The position numbers and the translations under genes were made by a program. A DNA stretch of 50,324 nucleotides from Tubiluchus corallicola (lineage: Eukaryota > Animalia > Priapulida). The DNA is taken from the NCBI GenBank assembly GCA_030141605.1, contig JAQGDQ010001275.1, positions 1-50,324 of the forward strand, given 5' to 3'. Below the pieces are notes generated by a model that worked only from the letters and a program-made list of their open reading frames with translations, ran no database searches and had not been told where the DNA came from. Each line of letters opens with the position of its first letter. Position 1 is the stretch's first letter. This document shows positions 34,995-46,664 of this stretch, one piece after another.

Positions 34995-37900
34995 TTAAAT
35001 ATTTGATTTTCTGTTATTAGCAAAATTTAACGGTCGTACTTTCAGTTCTACTCGTGAATAACTATTGTAAACGCAGGTTCCGCATCCATTATACCACCAG
35101 CCCACGTGATGATGATACAACACGGCACAATTTCCCTTCGGCCAATTGTCATTATCCCGATCTAACGTAGTAAAGCGCATTCCATTGTTAGCATACAGGC
35201 AACCACCTATAAAATTAACCGAAAATTAACCACAGCAGCAAAAACCACTTGTACATGCGAGTCTCTATTCTTTCTATAAATTTGTTTACAAACTGCCCTA
35301 AACAAGGCCAATGCCACTCAAGGTCATGGCTGATATGAGAAATTAATTAATTAATAATCACTGACTTAGTGAGCTTAAGCCCAGTTGGTAAAGTATCCAC
35401 ACCTCGCCACCTACTTGACATCAAAGGATTCTATGCTCAACCCCAATTCCGACTACATCGGTCTGTCAGCCCCCCCCCTTTGAAGGCTCCCAGTCATGTG
35501 ACTTAACATACCTGATAGCTTGGCTAACTTGGCTGCTCGACTTCATGTCCTCAGTGCCTACCTCTCTCCATTACAAGGGCAGAGTACAACGTCTGCTTAT
35601 GGAGTTAATAATAGTTATCAAATGTCTTCAACTCATTAACATCTACTTCACAACTTAGAAATACAAGTTGACATAGACCAAACTTCTAACAAACAACACT
35701 AAATACAATGTCCGAAGCCAACTTTAGGCAAAGTTAACAAAGGTTAACAAAGTTTACCTGTTCATACTTACGTGTGTAGACGGATTGTAGCTATTTGTTA
35801 CTGCCGCAGTTCTAGTAAACTCATTAAATACTATTTTGTTATCCTGGGGGGGGGGTTCAACAAAAACCTTCACCAAGTTAACAACATCGTTATTACATTC
35901 GTTTAACCGCTAATAACGATGTTACTAAGTTAGAGATGGTTACAAAAACCTATCACTAAGTTAACGACAGCGTTATTATATTCGCTTAACTGTTAATAAC
36001 CGCGTCGTTAATAAGGATTCCGTTAATTAATTTAGACTAAGTTATCTTTACCTTGTAAAGTAATGCAATAAACTCCTATTTTCCATTTTCTGAGCCATTT
36101 ATTCCTGAGCTATTTTTCCTGAGCCATTTTTTCTTGAGCCATTTTTTCAGCTATTTTTTCTGAGCCATTTATTCCTGAGCTATTTTTCCTGTGCCATTTT
36201 TTCTGATCTATTTTTTCCTGGCCATTTTTTCCTGAGCCATTTTTTCCTGAACCATTTTTTCCTGATCTATTTTTTTCTGTGACATTTTTTCATGAACCAC
36301 TTTTTCCTGCGCCATTTTTTCTTGAGCCATTTTTTCCTGAACGATTTTTTCCTGAGCTATTTTTTTTCTGAGCCATTTTTTCCTGAGCCATTTTTTCCTG
36401 AGCTACTTTTTCTGAGCCATTTATTCCTGAGCCATTTTTTCCTGAGCTATTTTTTCCTGAGCCATTTTTTCCTGAGCCATTTTTTCTTGAGCCATTTTTT
36501 CCTGTGCTATTTTTTCCTGAGCCATTTTTTCCTGAGCCATTTTTTCCTGAGCTACTTTTTCTGAGCCATTTATTCCTGAGCCATTTTTTCCTGAGCCATT
36601 TTTTCCTGAGCTACTTTTTCTGAGCCATTTATTCCTGAGCCATTTTTTCCTGAGCTATTTTTTCCTGAGCCATTTTTTCCTGAGCCATTTTTTCCTGAGC
36701 CATTTTTTCCTGTGCTATTTTTTCCTGAGCTACTTTTTCCAGTGCCATTTTTCCTGTGTGATTTTTTCCTGAGCTATTTTTTCCCGTGTCATTTTTACTT
36801 GTGTAATTTTGTTTTGGGTGCCATTTTTACCTGTGTCAATTTAATTTTATATGGCGATCATGGAGCACTCAAGAATTAAAGATTTTTCGAGATGCACCGA
36901 TTAAACAATAGAAGACTTACTTGGCATAATAGCAAAAATAGGTGACCTGCTAGAAATTATATTCGCATCGTCAACAGTTTGTAGTTATTAATTAACAGAC
37001 TAAAAGACACAGCATTTTTGTGCTCTTACCAAGCCAGAATTCACCATTAAGACTGCCAAAACCAATCTTATACGCATCCCAATTGTGACCAAAATTCTCA
37101 AATCCATAATTCCTTCTTTGAAACACCTAATTTTATATAGAAGTATAACTCAATGAATTAACCCTTCACATGTATTGTAGAATATCAGTTAATGAGTAGT
37201 ATAATATGTAGAAGACCTCTTCTAGACGTAGGTATTTTAGATTTCCCATTTCTCAAAAATTTATACTAACGTGTTGGGCATGTTAATTTTAAGTTAAATT
37301 AACAAGAAACGATTGTAATATCTCCAGGTAATCTTGTAGAATATAAATGAACATATACAAAAATATTTGTGTAACTCTACTTTGTGTATTAAACTGTTAA
37401 TGAATTTTTTTTAGCAACAAAGGATAAAATATCTATTGTCATCTATAAATGTACTTCTCAGTTTTGCTTTCTTTGTATATACAGGGGCATATAGAGGGCG
37501 ATACTATCTCTTCAACACCCTCTTATATGTTTTCAATAGTAGAGACACGATATTTACCGTCCATCCACCCCCGTCTGTCTCCATGTCGCAATAAACTTCT
37601 ATTGGTTCTTCACTAATGTGAGGCTTTATCGTATAAGTTCCATTTTGGTCAAATCCCAATTCTCTCAGTGCTGCACAGTCTTCTGGTAATTCTGCACAAT
37701 AAACCAATTATTATGTAACTTATATCACACGATCTATGCTTAAAAACTATATATCATATTTTCTTAAAGCACAAGAAAACACTCTTCATAAAGCTGAAAA
37801 GTCGTCTTCAAATGTTATATCCCACCCATGCTGTGTTACTGTATATGGAGCATTACCAGTGAATCTGTATAAAACTTGTGAATTTGAACTCTCCTGATGA

Positions 37901-40900
37901 CCGTTAAATGCAGCCATTTTAACGGCAAGTCGATTGAAACAAGTTAGATAACGTTGCCTAAAACTTTTTATAATAATTAGCGCATTCGTAACACACACTT
38001 CGCTATCTAAGCTTATGATTAAATTACTTCATATTATTGCCAATAAGATCAATAAGAGCAACAAGGCACATCCGATGCATAAAATCACAGTCACTTTCAA
38101 CTTTCCGGCAGCAACTTAAGGAGCCCCACAAATTAATAAACTGAAACTATAGATCATTTTAAACTTTATAAAATTTCAAGACGAATTTTTTAAGCTTTAT
38201 ATAAATGGGAGGTTTTACTGTATTTTGAGAAGCCTTACTGATTAGTACAATTAAACTTTTGATCATCTGAAAATAAATGAAATTACGACTGCTAAGCAGA
38301 AAAAGACACTTGTTTGAGAATCTATAAATCAGCCATTCAGATCAAGCACACAAAATGTTAGTGACTATTATAAAATATATATTTCCAAATTGTAGGTACA
38401 TGCAATTTCAAGAGGCTACTACAAAGAGCATCACTAAACTAATGAAAATTTTTCAGATATTACCGAAATTACAATTTTTAGAGAAAACTAAAGAGGGAGC
38501 CATGACAGCATGATGAGAAGGAAGAGAATTCCAGAGCAATGTAATTCTGAGAAAGAAAAAGTTTTGCTTTACGGTTTTGTTACACTGAGGAAGAAAAAGT
38601 TTTTAAAAAAGGTGACCCCTCGTAGTGGTCGAACTAAGTGTGAATTTTCTGCGACGTTCAGAGTCATCAATTAAAGCTAGATCAACTCTTGCGATTTTGA
38701 AAACCATAATCAGACCAGTTTCTAAGCCTTCTAAGTTCCAAATGGTAATTACTAAGTATACGTGTTCGTTCCTTGCATGGTAATCGTTTTCGAAGTCCTT
38801 CCAAGCAACCTACGTATGGGTGATTTTTGCAAAAGTTCACATGGCTCTCAATAAAAACACTTAAAATGACTTCAGTAACATAAAATCCATAACAAGTTAT
38901 CAAAGTCCAAACCATAAGAAGCGAATAATACTATTACCTTTAGGGTGAGTTGCACAGGATTTTTGCTGCAATACCAGTTCCAGAATAGATTCAACCAAAC
39001 TTAAAGCCTTGGTTAAGTCTTGCTCCTAGAAGTCAATGATAAAGATGCACATAAATATGTTTTAACACGTTTAGCTTTGAGCTTTACTGAGCAAAATGCA
39101 TAAACTTTTAAAAATTCAAAAAGACGTCTGAAGGTCGTTTTCCAACCTGCAAGCCTTTGCAGTTAATGAAGTCTGGCTTGAGTGCCAATAGATTATCTAA
39201 CCAACAAGGGATTGAAAACATGCAGATAATATTGTGGCTATTAAGGTTCACTATTAGGAATTCTCAAGACATTTCCTAGCCTAACTTTTCGTTGGATAGT
39301 GAGTTTAATCCGTAATTATATTGATTCAAAAGCAAATGATAACTATGTTTGTCTTCTGCAATGTACATTACAGTTTTATTTCCTTTGTTAATACTATAGG
39401 GTGTTTTTTGTGAAGTGCCATGTGAAAGATAAGAAAGTTTTTTAATTTTATTATTTGCTTTTCTTGAAGTTTCACAGATTTTTTTACTGCCTGCACCACA
39501 GTTTATAGAAAAATAATGTCTATATTTTGTCAGTAATGGGGTTCGTCAAGGCGGTGTCCTCTCGTCCCTGGTGTTTTCATTATATATTATTGATCTTCCA
39601 AAAAAAGATATGAACAGTGAGGTCTGCCACATGTCGCTTAAGTGGTACACCTATTAATCACTTATTTTATGCTAACGACCTGTGTTTAATTGCTCCCCCT
39701 ACACAGGCATCACAAAAATTACTTGACTATTCTAAAGAATGTGATGATGTAGAATAAGAATATGTAATTAATACTTAGAAAACGAAAACTTTGTATTCTA
39801 TTCCAAATGCATTTAGGAATGCCTGTTTTATTAATGTAACTTTGCAAGGAGAACCTACTGAACTCGAACATGAAAAAAATGTGTTAGGTCACATAATTTA
39901 TGATAATTGTAAAGACGATGCTGATATTTTAAATCAATTGAGATTTTTTAATTTTAGTTATTATACTTTGCAGAAGTTTTAATTTTTGCTTTGCTGATGT
40001 GAAACATTCTCTTTAAAATCTATTGTCGATTTTATTGTTCTAACCTCTTATTGTTCTTTTTGTTCTAACTTCCTGTTATTGGTCTAACCTCTGGGTCACT
40101 TTTAATTTTGACACTATTGGGAAATTGAAAGGGAAATTTTGTTTACCGTATTGAAACCTCAGCATTTAGAATATGTGACGTAAATGGCTGTAATTATTTT
40201 AAAGTTATTTTACGTAAAAATACATTTAGCCTACGTCAGCAAGTCTTAAATTCAAACAATGAAGTTATAGTTTGATTCTTAATGCTGACATTATTTTAAC
40301 TTCTAATATTGTTGCCCATTGAGAAGTTACACTTACTAATCCTTTTCTTATGCATTTAGCTGTTCATTGTTCTTTGTGTAAACATTGATTTTATCTGTCT
40401 TTTAGTAAATATTTTTAATTGAGATTCTTAAGTAATCTTTGTTTATTATTCTATGGTACTTTTGATGTACTGAAGTAAACATAAAATAAAATGACAATAA
40501 ATAATAAAAGACTTGACTTTTCTTCCTCCTTTGCCTTGAAGCGAGGAAAGTTTCTATCTTGTTCATATCAGAAAGATGGTTTTTTGCTCACCGTTGTCTT
40601 CAACCCGTTTGCAGGTATTTCAACAGTCTGCAATCTATCATCCTGATGTGCAACAAAGTCATCATTTTCCAAGACTATGGAGTTTTTATTTGGAAGTGAC
40701 ATAGCCCAAGCCTTAAACACAATGATTAATACACGTCAAAAAACTGCACACAAACATCAAATGCCAAACAAAACAATCGTATATGTTTATAATACGACAT
40801 TCTAACTGGAGTAAAGAAAAAAAGCAGATGCTTTTCAAGTAAGTTTCATATGTGGCGTCAACGTTTTCTATATTATTTGCTAGTTTTGTCTAATCTGTGA

Positions 40901-41378
40901 ACGATTGTCATGAAAATGTATACTTAATTAATTCACTATTGATTTTTAAGCAAATTAAAGCTTCGTATCATAGTTTTGCATTAAAGCAAAATTAAGTTAA
41001 ACAATATTTTAGTAGTAGTAGCAGCAGCACCAGCAGCAGTAGCAGCAACAACAGTAGCGATAGTAGTAGTAATTTCGACATGTACAAAAATTAGCATCGA
41101 AGATAAACATTAAACTGTACACGTACATGTGCTTATACGTACACTTACACGTACACTTGCATGTGCACGTACATTAAACTATTACAAGTGCTTATACGTA
41201 CCTGTATATGTGCACGTACATTAAACCAGTACATGTGCTTATGCATACACGTATATGTACACGTACATTAAACTATTACAAGTGCTGATACGTACACATA
41301 TATGTGCACATATATTAAACTATTACATGTACTTACGTAGTTCAAAAGTAAAGTCATCCACACTATAAACTTCATCAT
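34995..41378 (-). CDS. FReD copy 4: chimeric gene lacking exon 6 (in-frame product of about 230 aa if exon 5 splices to exon 7); may be a pseudogene
   Basis: Exons 41378-41337, 40711-40592, 39025-38938, 37691-37558 and 37126-37030 (same as copy 3), plus 35206-34995 (closest to copy 1). No GND.INQLTSD exon lies between 35207 and 37029. The phase-1 donor and phase-1 acceptor are compatible. Confidence 0.7.
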
Positions 41379-41565
41379 TGCAGAAAGTATGCAACACATG
41401 CTGTCTGTTTGAATGCTTTATGCTTTCTAGACAACTAAGTGCGAGGAGTTGCTTCTTTTATTTAGGCCTCGGGTTTTGATGTTTAAATAATTAAACACTT
41501 ATTGGCGCCATAGAAACTCTTGAGTTACAATTCATTTCGCTTTTAATATGACATTTTCCGGTACT
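36086..41565 (+). repeat. Segmental duplication of about 5.5 kb, second copy (includes the minisatellite 36086-36843 and RT relic 39518-40503)
   Basis: Offset 10653 from 25433-30912; I saw only a few substitutions, all in the last 450 bp or so. Confidence 0.95.
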
Positions 41566-42607
41566 TAACATATGTAAATAAGTTAATGCTTGTACAAATA
41601 TCCGTAATATATGCTAGACAAATAACACAGAAGATTTGCATTTTAACTTCTGGTATTTTAGGAGTGACATGTAACGTTAACACTAATTTGTAAGTGTTAA
41701 CGTAGAGGTTAGAGATTGTGTAGAGTGGGCCACGCATGCGCCTGCATTACAATATCGTGCATTCATTTATTGATGTTTTGATGTTTAAATAATTAAACAC
41801 TTATTGGCGCCTTAGAAACTCTTGAGTTGCAATTCATTTCGCTTTTAATGTGATATTTTCCGGTACTTGACATATGTAAATAAGTTATTGCTCGTACAAA
41901 TATCCGTAATATATGCTAGATAATATTTATCTTTTAAAGTTTTTCATAATTCGTCTAAATTATTACTTTTGCCTAACTTTGTTTATATTTTGCTTAATTA
42001 GGATTAATTTGGGAAAATTTTTAACCTGTTTACAAAGTATTTGATGACTTATCTGTTTTAGTATTTTAGTGTTGTGTTCAGTTTTTCAAAAACCCACAAA
42101 TTCGTCAAAAATTTAGTTAGTTCTTTCTGTTCACACAGAGTGGTGTGAACAGACTATTTTGCAACGCGTGTGTCGAGAGGACGTGAGGCACGTGACATCA
42201 AGAAAATTTTTGCTCTAGTTTTAACAGACCAGATGATAGAGTGTGTTCGTGTTTTTTGTCTTCTGTTTATTTTTGACAAATTTGCAATTACATGTGTATA
42301 ATAAACAGTTGTTGCTTTCTAGATCATCTATTGAAAAGGAAATCATGTCAGTGTCGTTCATCCATGTTTGTGGATTGCTGAAATCGGGTCGTTTCCGACA
42401 ACATTAGTCATTTTCTATATCAACACAATCTCAATACAGATGCGTGTTTAACATCGTTGATTGACTGCATGTAGTTGTTTAATAAATATATAAGTAACTG
42501 GTATTGCCTAGGGCTTGGTACGGCAGTCAGTCAATGAGGTTTGAGAACCATGTACTTTTACAAAGCTAGCCAGATATATATTTAATTGGGCCTCGATCGG
42601 AAACTAG

Positions 42608-43526
42608 TGTAACGTGCCGAGGGTTATTTGGTTTAAAACAAAATAACTACTGCCACTATTGTAACGTTTTGTAACCGCTATTACATTCCTAATTTTTATA
42701 TAATGATCAGGAAAATATACTACATGTATTTTCACGGGTTCGTCTGCTGTTTTTTTAAGGCTGTTTAGTTAAAAACAAAACAAGATGAAACATAAATTTT
42801 AAAGCTATAATTATTACAAAAGAAGAGTACAACAACAAGTCAACAATAAGAGCTCAAAAATTACTATTAGTGGCTTGCTGTGAAAACCCCCAAGGAAAGA
42901 TGAGGATAGGAAATGAATGCGCATAACTTATCTGAATGTTCATGACGATGTTGTGCACAACTTGACGATCGTCCCACAATGACAACGCTGACGCCGGCAA
43001 CATGACAATCCTCCATGAGCCATAACAATGCAGATGACGACAGCTAATCCACAACATCCAGCAACCCTCTTGTAGTCTACAACACGAACGTACCAACAGC
43101 TGACTGGAACAGAATAACATCACCCTCAACGAGACTGAGAAAGACAGGTTATACAACAGGAACACTGTCATTTTGGCCAAAACAACACTTAGCTCAGCTC
43201 TCCATGGTAAAGAAGTTACATCACAGATTGGGTACCAGCCTTTCCAGACGAATATGTTAACTGCAGGTATACTGGAACATGCCCACTGGTCAGACCAACA
43301 ACTAACGTCTGTACCAGTGAAAAGTATCAACTCAACTGTCCAGAACATGTATTGCTTTTTCTGCATAAGCAAATGAAGCACTCCAACAGGTAAGTACAAA
43401 CCATTTTAAGTGACAGGGGTGAGGAGATGATGAAATGAAAGAACACATACAGCAGTGCAAGCCAAACAAGCCATTTACTATCAAAATTAGCAACACGCAC
43501 CTCACAATACCCCCTGTAGTGCAGGT
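42608..43526 (-). mobile_element. Unit-specific insertion of about 0.9 kb, LTR-like
   Basis: Absent at the paralogous 33550-33575. The minus strand has purine-rich AGGGGGTA then TGTGAG...GTTACA (TG...CA ends). No recognisable protein. Confidence 0.35.
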
Positions 43527-45109
43527 AACTAGCCCCCCCCCCTCCTTGGGTCTATTGTCTGTAGCACTATAACGCATCTTATAACAACATTAAGCCAAGC
43601 GTTGGTGAAAGACGCAGTCACGAACATACTGTTATAAGGAGTGAAAACTTCATTGTTCGGGGCCACTTGCCATTTTGACTCTGAGAGTGAGTTGAAAAAA
43701 ATGTTTTTTTTTGTATAACCTTCTGTTGTGCCTCATATTGGTGGTGGAACTATTAGCTTGTGAAACTATTTGGTGTTAGAAGTACAGTATATCGTTGTGT
43801 TTAGCTTGCTTTTATTCTTAATATTCGGGTATTGATTTGAGCTAAGAAGTTATGTTTAGCTTGCTTATATTCTTAATATTTTTGAATTGATTTAAGCTAA
43901 CATGAATCTACTTTTGTACTGTATATAATGGACTTGATGCTTTAAGTAGTAATTTATTTATATTGTACTTTCTTATTCTTAAACTTTTGCTGTAAATTTT
44001 GGCAGTTGCTGGTCTGCGTGACAATATGGATACAGCGCTGATATATGACAATAATACCTGCTGCTATCCATTTAGAAACCACATCACCAATTGCACGAAA
44101 GATACAAGGGCTTTAGATGTGTTAGGTAAAGTGTATATCTATTTTGGGCTAACTCAAATTTCTGTCAGGCCCAAGAGCCTTGACATTGAACTCACGATAC
44201 GTGAGTTCCAAGATTTGAGAACATACTTCATGCATACTCACACTGGACTTAGCGTGTGGTTACAGAGAAAGATGCGCCTATTGAAAATTCTTTAAAAGGC
44301 CTATATTGTATCTGATAGAGAATTGTTTGACTTAAGTTGATATTGCAAAACATTAAATGGAGTATACATTTTGCATCCATATTTGATTTTCTTATCTTAA
44401 ACGTAATTTAGCATGTCAGTTGTGAATGCATTGTGTGCTTGATGTGTTGTAAAAGGAAAAAAAACACAAAAAGAAATCTTTAGTCTAATTTTGCACTTAG
44501 ATGATATTAGAATTAATGACATTATGTATAATAAACGATAGTGTATCTTTTATCTAATCTAATTTCATCTAATATAGTAATTTATCTATTATCTAATCTA
44601 GTATCTATCTAATTTTTTGCTTTCTGTTTACCTAAACTCATAACCTGGACTAGCAGACCAAAAACAAATAACACAAGTTCTTATCTGCATGATTGCATTT
44701 GAATTAAACATCTTAGCTCTACGAGGCTTCATCGTCCCTTTGCTAAATCCCCACAACAGTTTACATTAGAGAAGGAACACCAAAGTAGTTAAGTATAAAA
44801 AAGTAATTTTAATCTTTTGATAAAACTTATTGCTTACATAACGGAACAGCCAATCACCAGCATAAAGAGAGTGAGAGAGCTAATTCGTGTATCTCTTATT
44901 TTAGCTATAGAGGGAGCCACTTACTATGGCCACTTTACAGTTTCAAGTGAAAGGGGTTACCACATTTAGTCAGTTTATAGTTTTGCTTAATATTTATTTA
45001 TGCTGTTCTATTTTATATTTTAATTAATACTAACATGCCATGGACTATTATGGAAATATTGTGTACATAACTTAATGTGATCCATGTATAAAATCAATTT
45101 TATTCTATA

Positions 45110-45830
45110 TTTTTCAAATTGGGGCCACAAGGAGGAACGGGGGGGGGGCGGCTATAAACCTCCTAAATGGCTATTTTTGTCCGTTTTTGTTTGCAGACCT
45201 CTTATTGAGATCGGGAATGAAGCATACGGTGCTTACGGTTTTTGGATAGCCCGTTCAATGGTGGATGTAATAGACATTTTTATGGAGGGTCCCGACGTAG
45301 AGACTTCTCTCGCAACTTGTTGCAACGTATGAATGGCTTGGCAATTTTTCTTAGACAGAAGTTGCGCAACAAGTTTGGAGAGAAGTCTCTACATCTAAAC
45401 GTGCCATCAGAATTCGCTGCACGGCGTCCTGCACTTTCCTGGACCCAACTCTTTTTTTTCTCGAAATTCGACGCCTAGCGGGACTCTTTGAAAGGAGATA
45501 CATAGAAAGATGTATAAATGTAGTCAACACACGTTTAGAAAGAGGGTAAATGGGGTTCTGCGGCAATGTGAGTGACTTTTGGGGTCGCCTCCACCATACG
45601 GAGTGGCTAAAGGTTCATTGTAGTTTACATTTTAAACGATTCTCGCTTGGAAAACTGCTGACGTTTTACATTGTTCTGACATCATTCCGTTGTACTCTGG
45701 CTATAACTTTATTTCACTAAAAGCTGCTGCTAGCTTTGCTTTAAGTAATTAATAAACGAACACTATGTAGAATGTTCGTGCAATATTGAGTATACGTGCA
45801 TTAAAAGCAAAATTATTTGCGGGGTGTTTG
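45110..45830 (+). mobile_element. Interspersed repeat with internal palindrome (6890-7600 family)
   Basis: Palindrome at 45298-45391. Confidence 0.6.
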
Positions 45831-45997
45831 CCAGTAATATATTAAGTCACACAATGTGATTTTGTGATTGTGAAATCTAAAGAAACATTTTAACAATGCT
45901 TCTAACTTGCTTAATTTATTTCTTCAACATCAACGATTACACATGAATACAATGTACCTAAGCAAATTTGTCTTAATCTAAAAATCAGTATTTTTCT

Positions 45998-46346
45998 AAT
46001 TAGAACAACACAACTTTTATCAAAATTTTAAAATTTACAACTGTTTAAAAAACATGTCCAAACGTTTCAACTGCAGCCTGCAGTCATCACGAGTAACAGA
46101 CTTATACAAACAAACAACCAGTTTTACAGGTAGGCCCTATAGACAAGAAAATATACACACTAATATATGTATTTGGCTTTCTTGTAACTACATGAGCAGT
46201 GCTTAATTTTCTGTACTGTAGGTTCTGCCTGTAAAACTGTTTGTTTATTTATATACGTCTATCACTGATGATGACTGCAGTTGAAACGTTTGGGACACGT
46301 TTTTTTAAATAGTTGTAAACTGAAGTTATGTTGTTTTAATAATAAA
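45998..46346. mobile_element. Penelope-like inverted repeat with hammerhead-like core
   Basis: CTGATGATGACTGCAGTTGAAACGTT at 46265, with an inverted arm at about 46000-46130. Confidence 0.5.
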
Positions 46347-46664
46347 GGCTTTGAAGTTTCTGTTAAAAGTGATCAGTTTTTTCTCATTATACAGATTTGG
46401 CAGTATTTCTTTTTAGAATACGTAATGTAAACAAACTCTTTTACACAGTAGGCTTAACCTTTCCCAATAATAACAAAAAGCACCAACCTAATTGTAAAAG
46501 AAATTAACAAGACTACGCACATTCTATTATTATAAAAACAGTTATTATATATGCTACATTATTATTAAAAAGTAAGCTTTAAGCGGCTTTACAAATTAGA
46601 GTTTAGATACGTTTAATTTTTGCCATTTCTGTTTATGGATCAAGGCGACGTACATTTAACTTAT

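Noticed and set aside
42854-43399. Longest ORF in the window (181 aa)
   Set aside because: No recognisable motif, non-ATG start, and it lies inside a unit-specific insertion; treated as a chance ORF pending a homology search.
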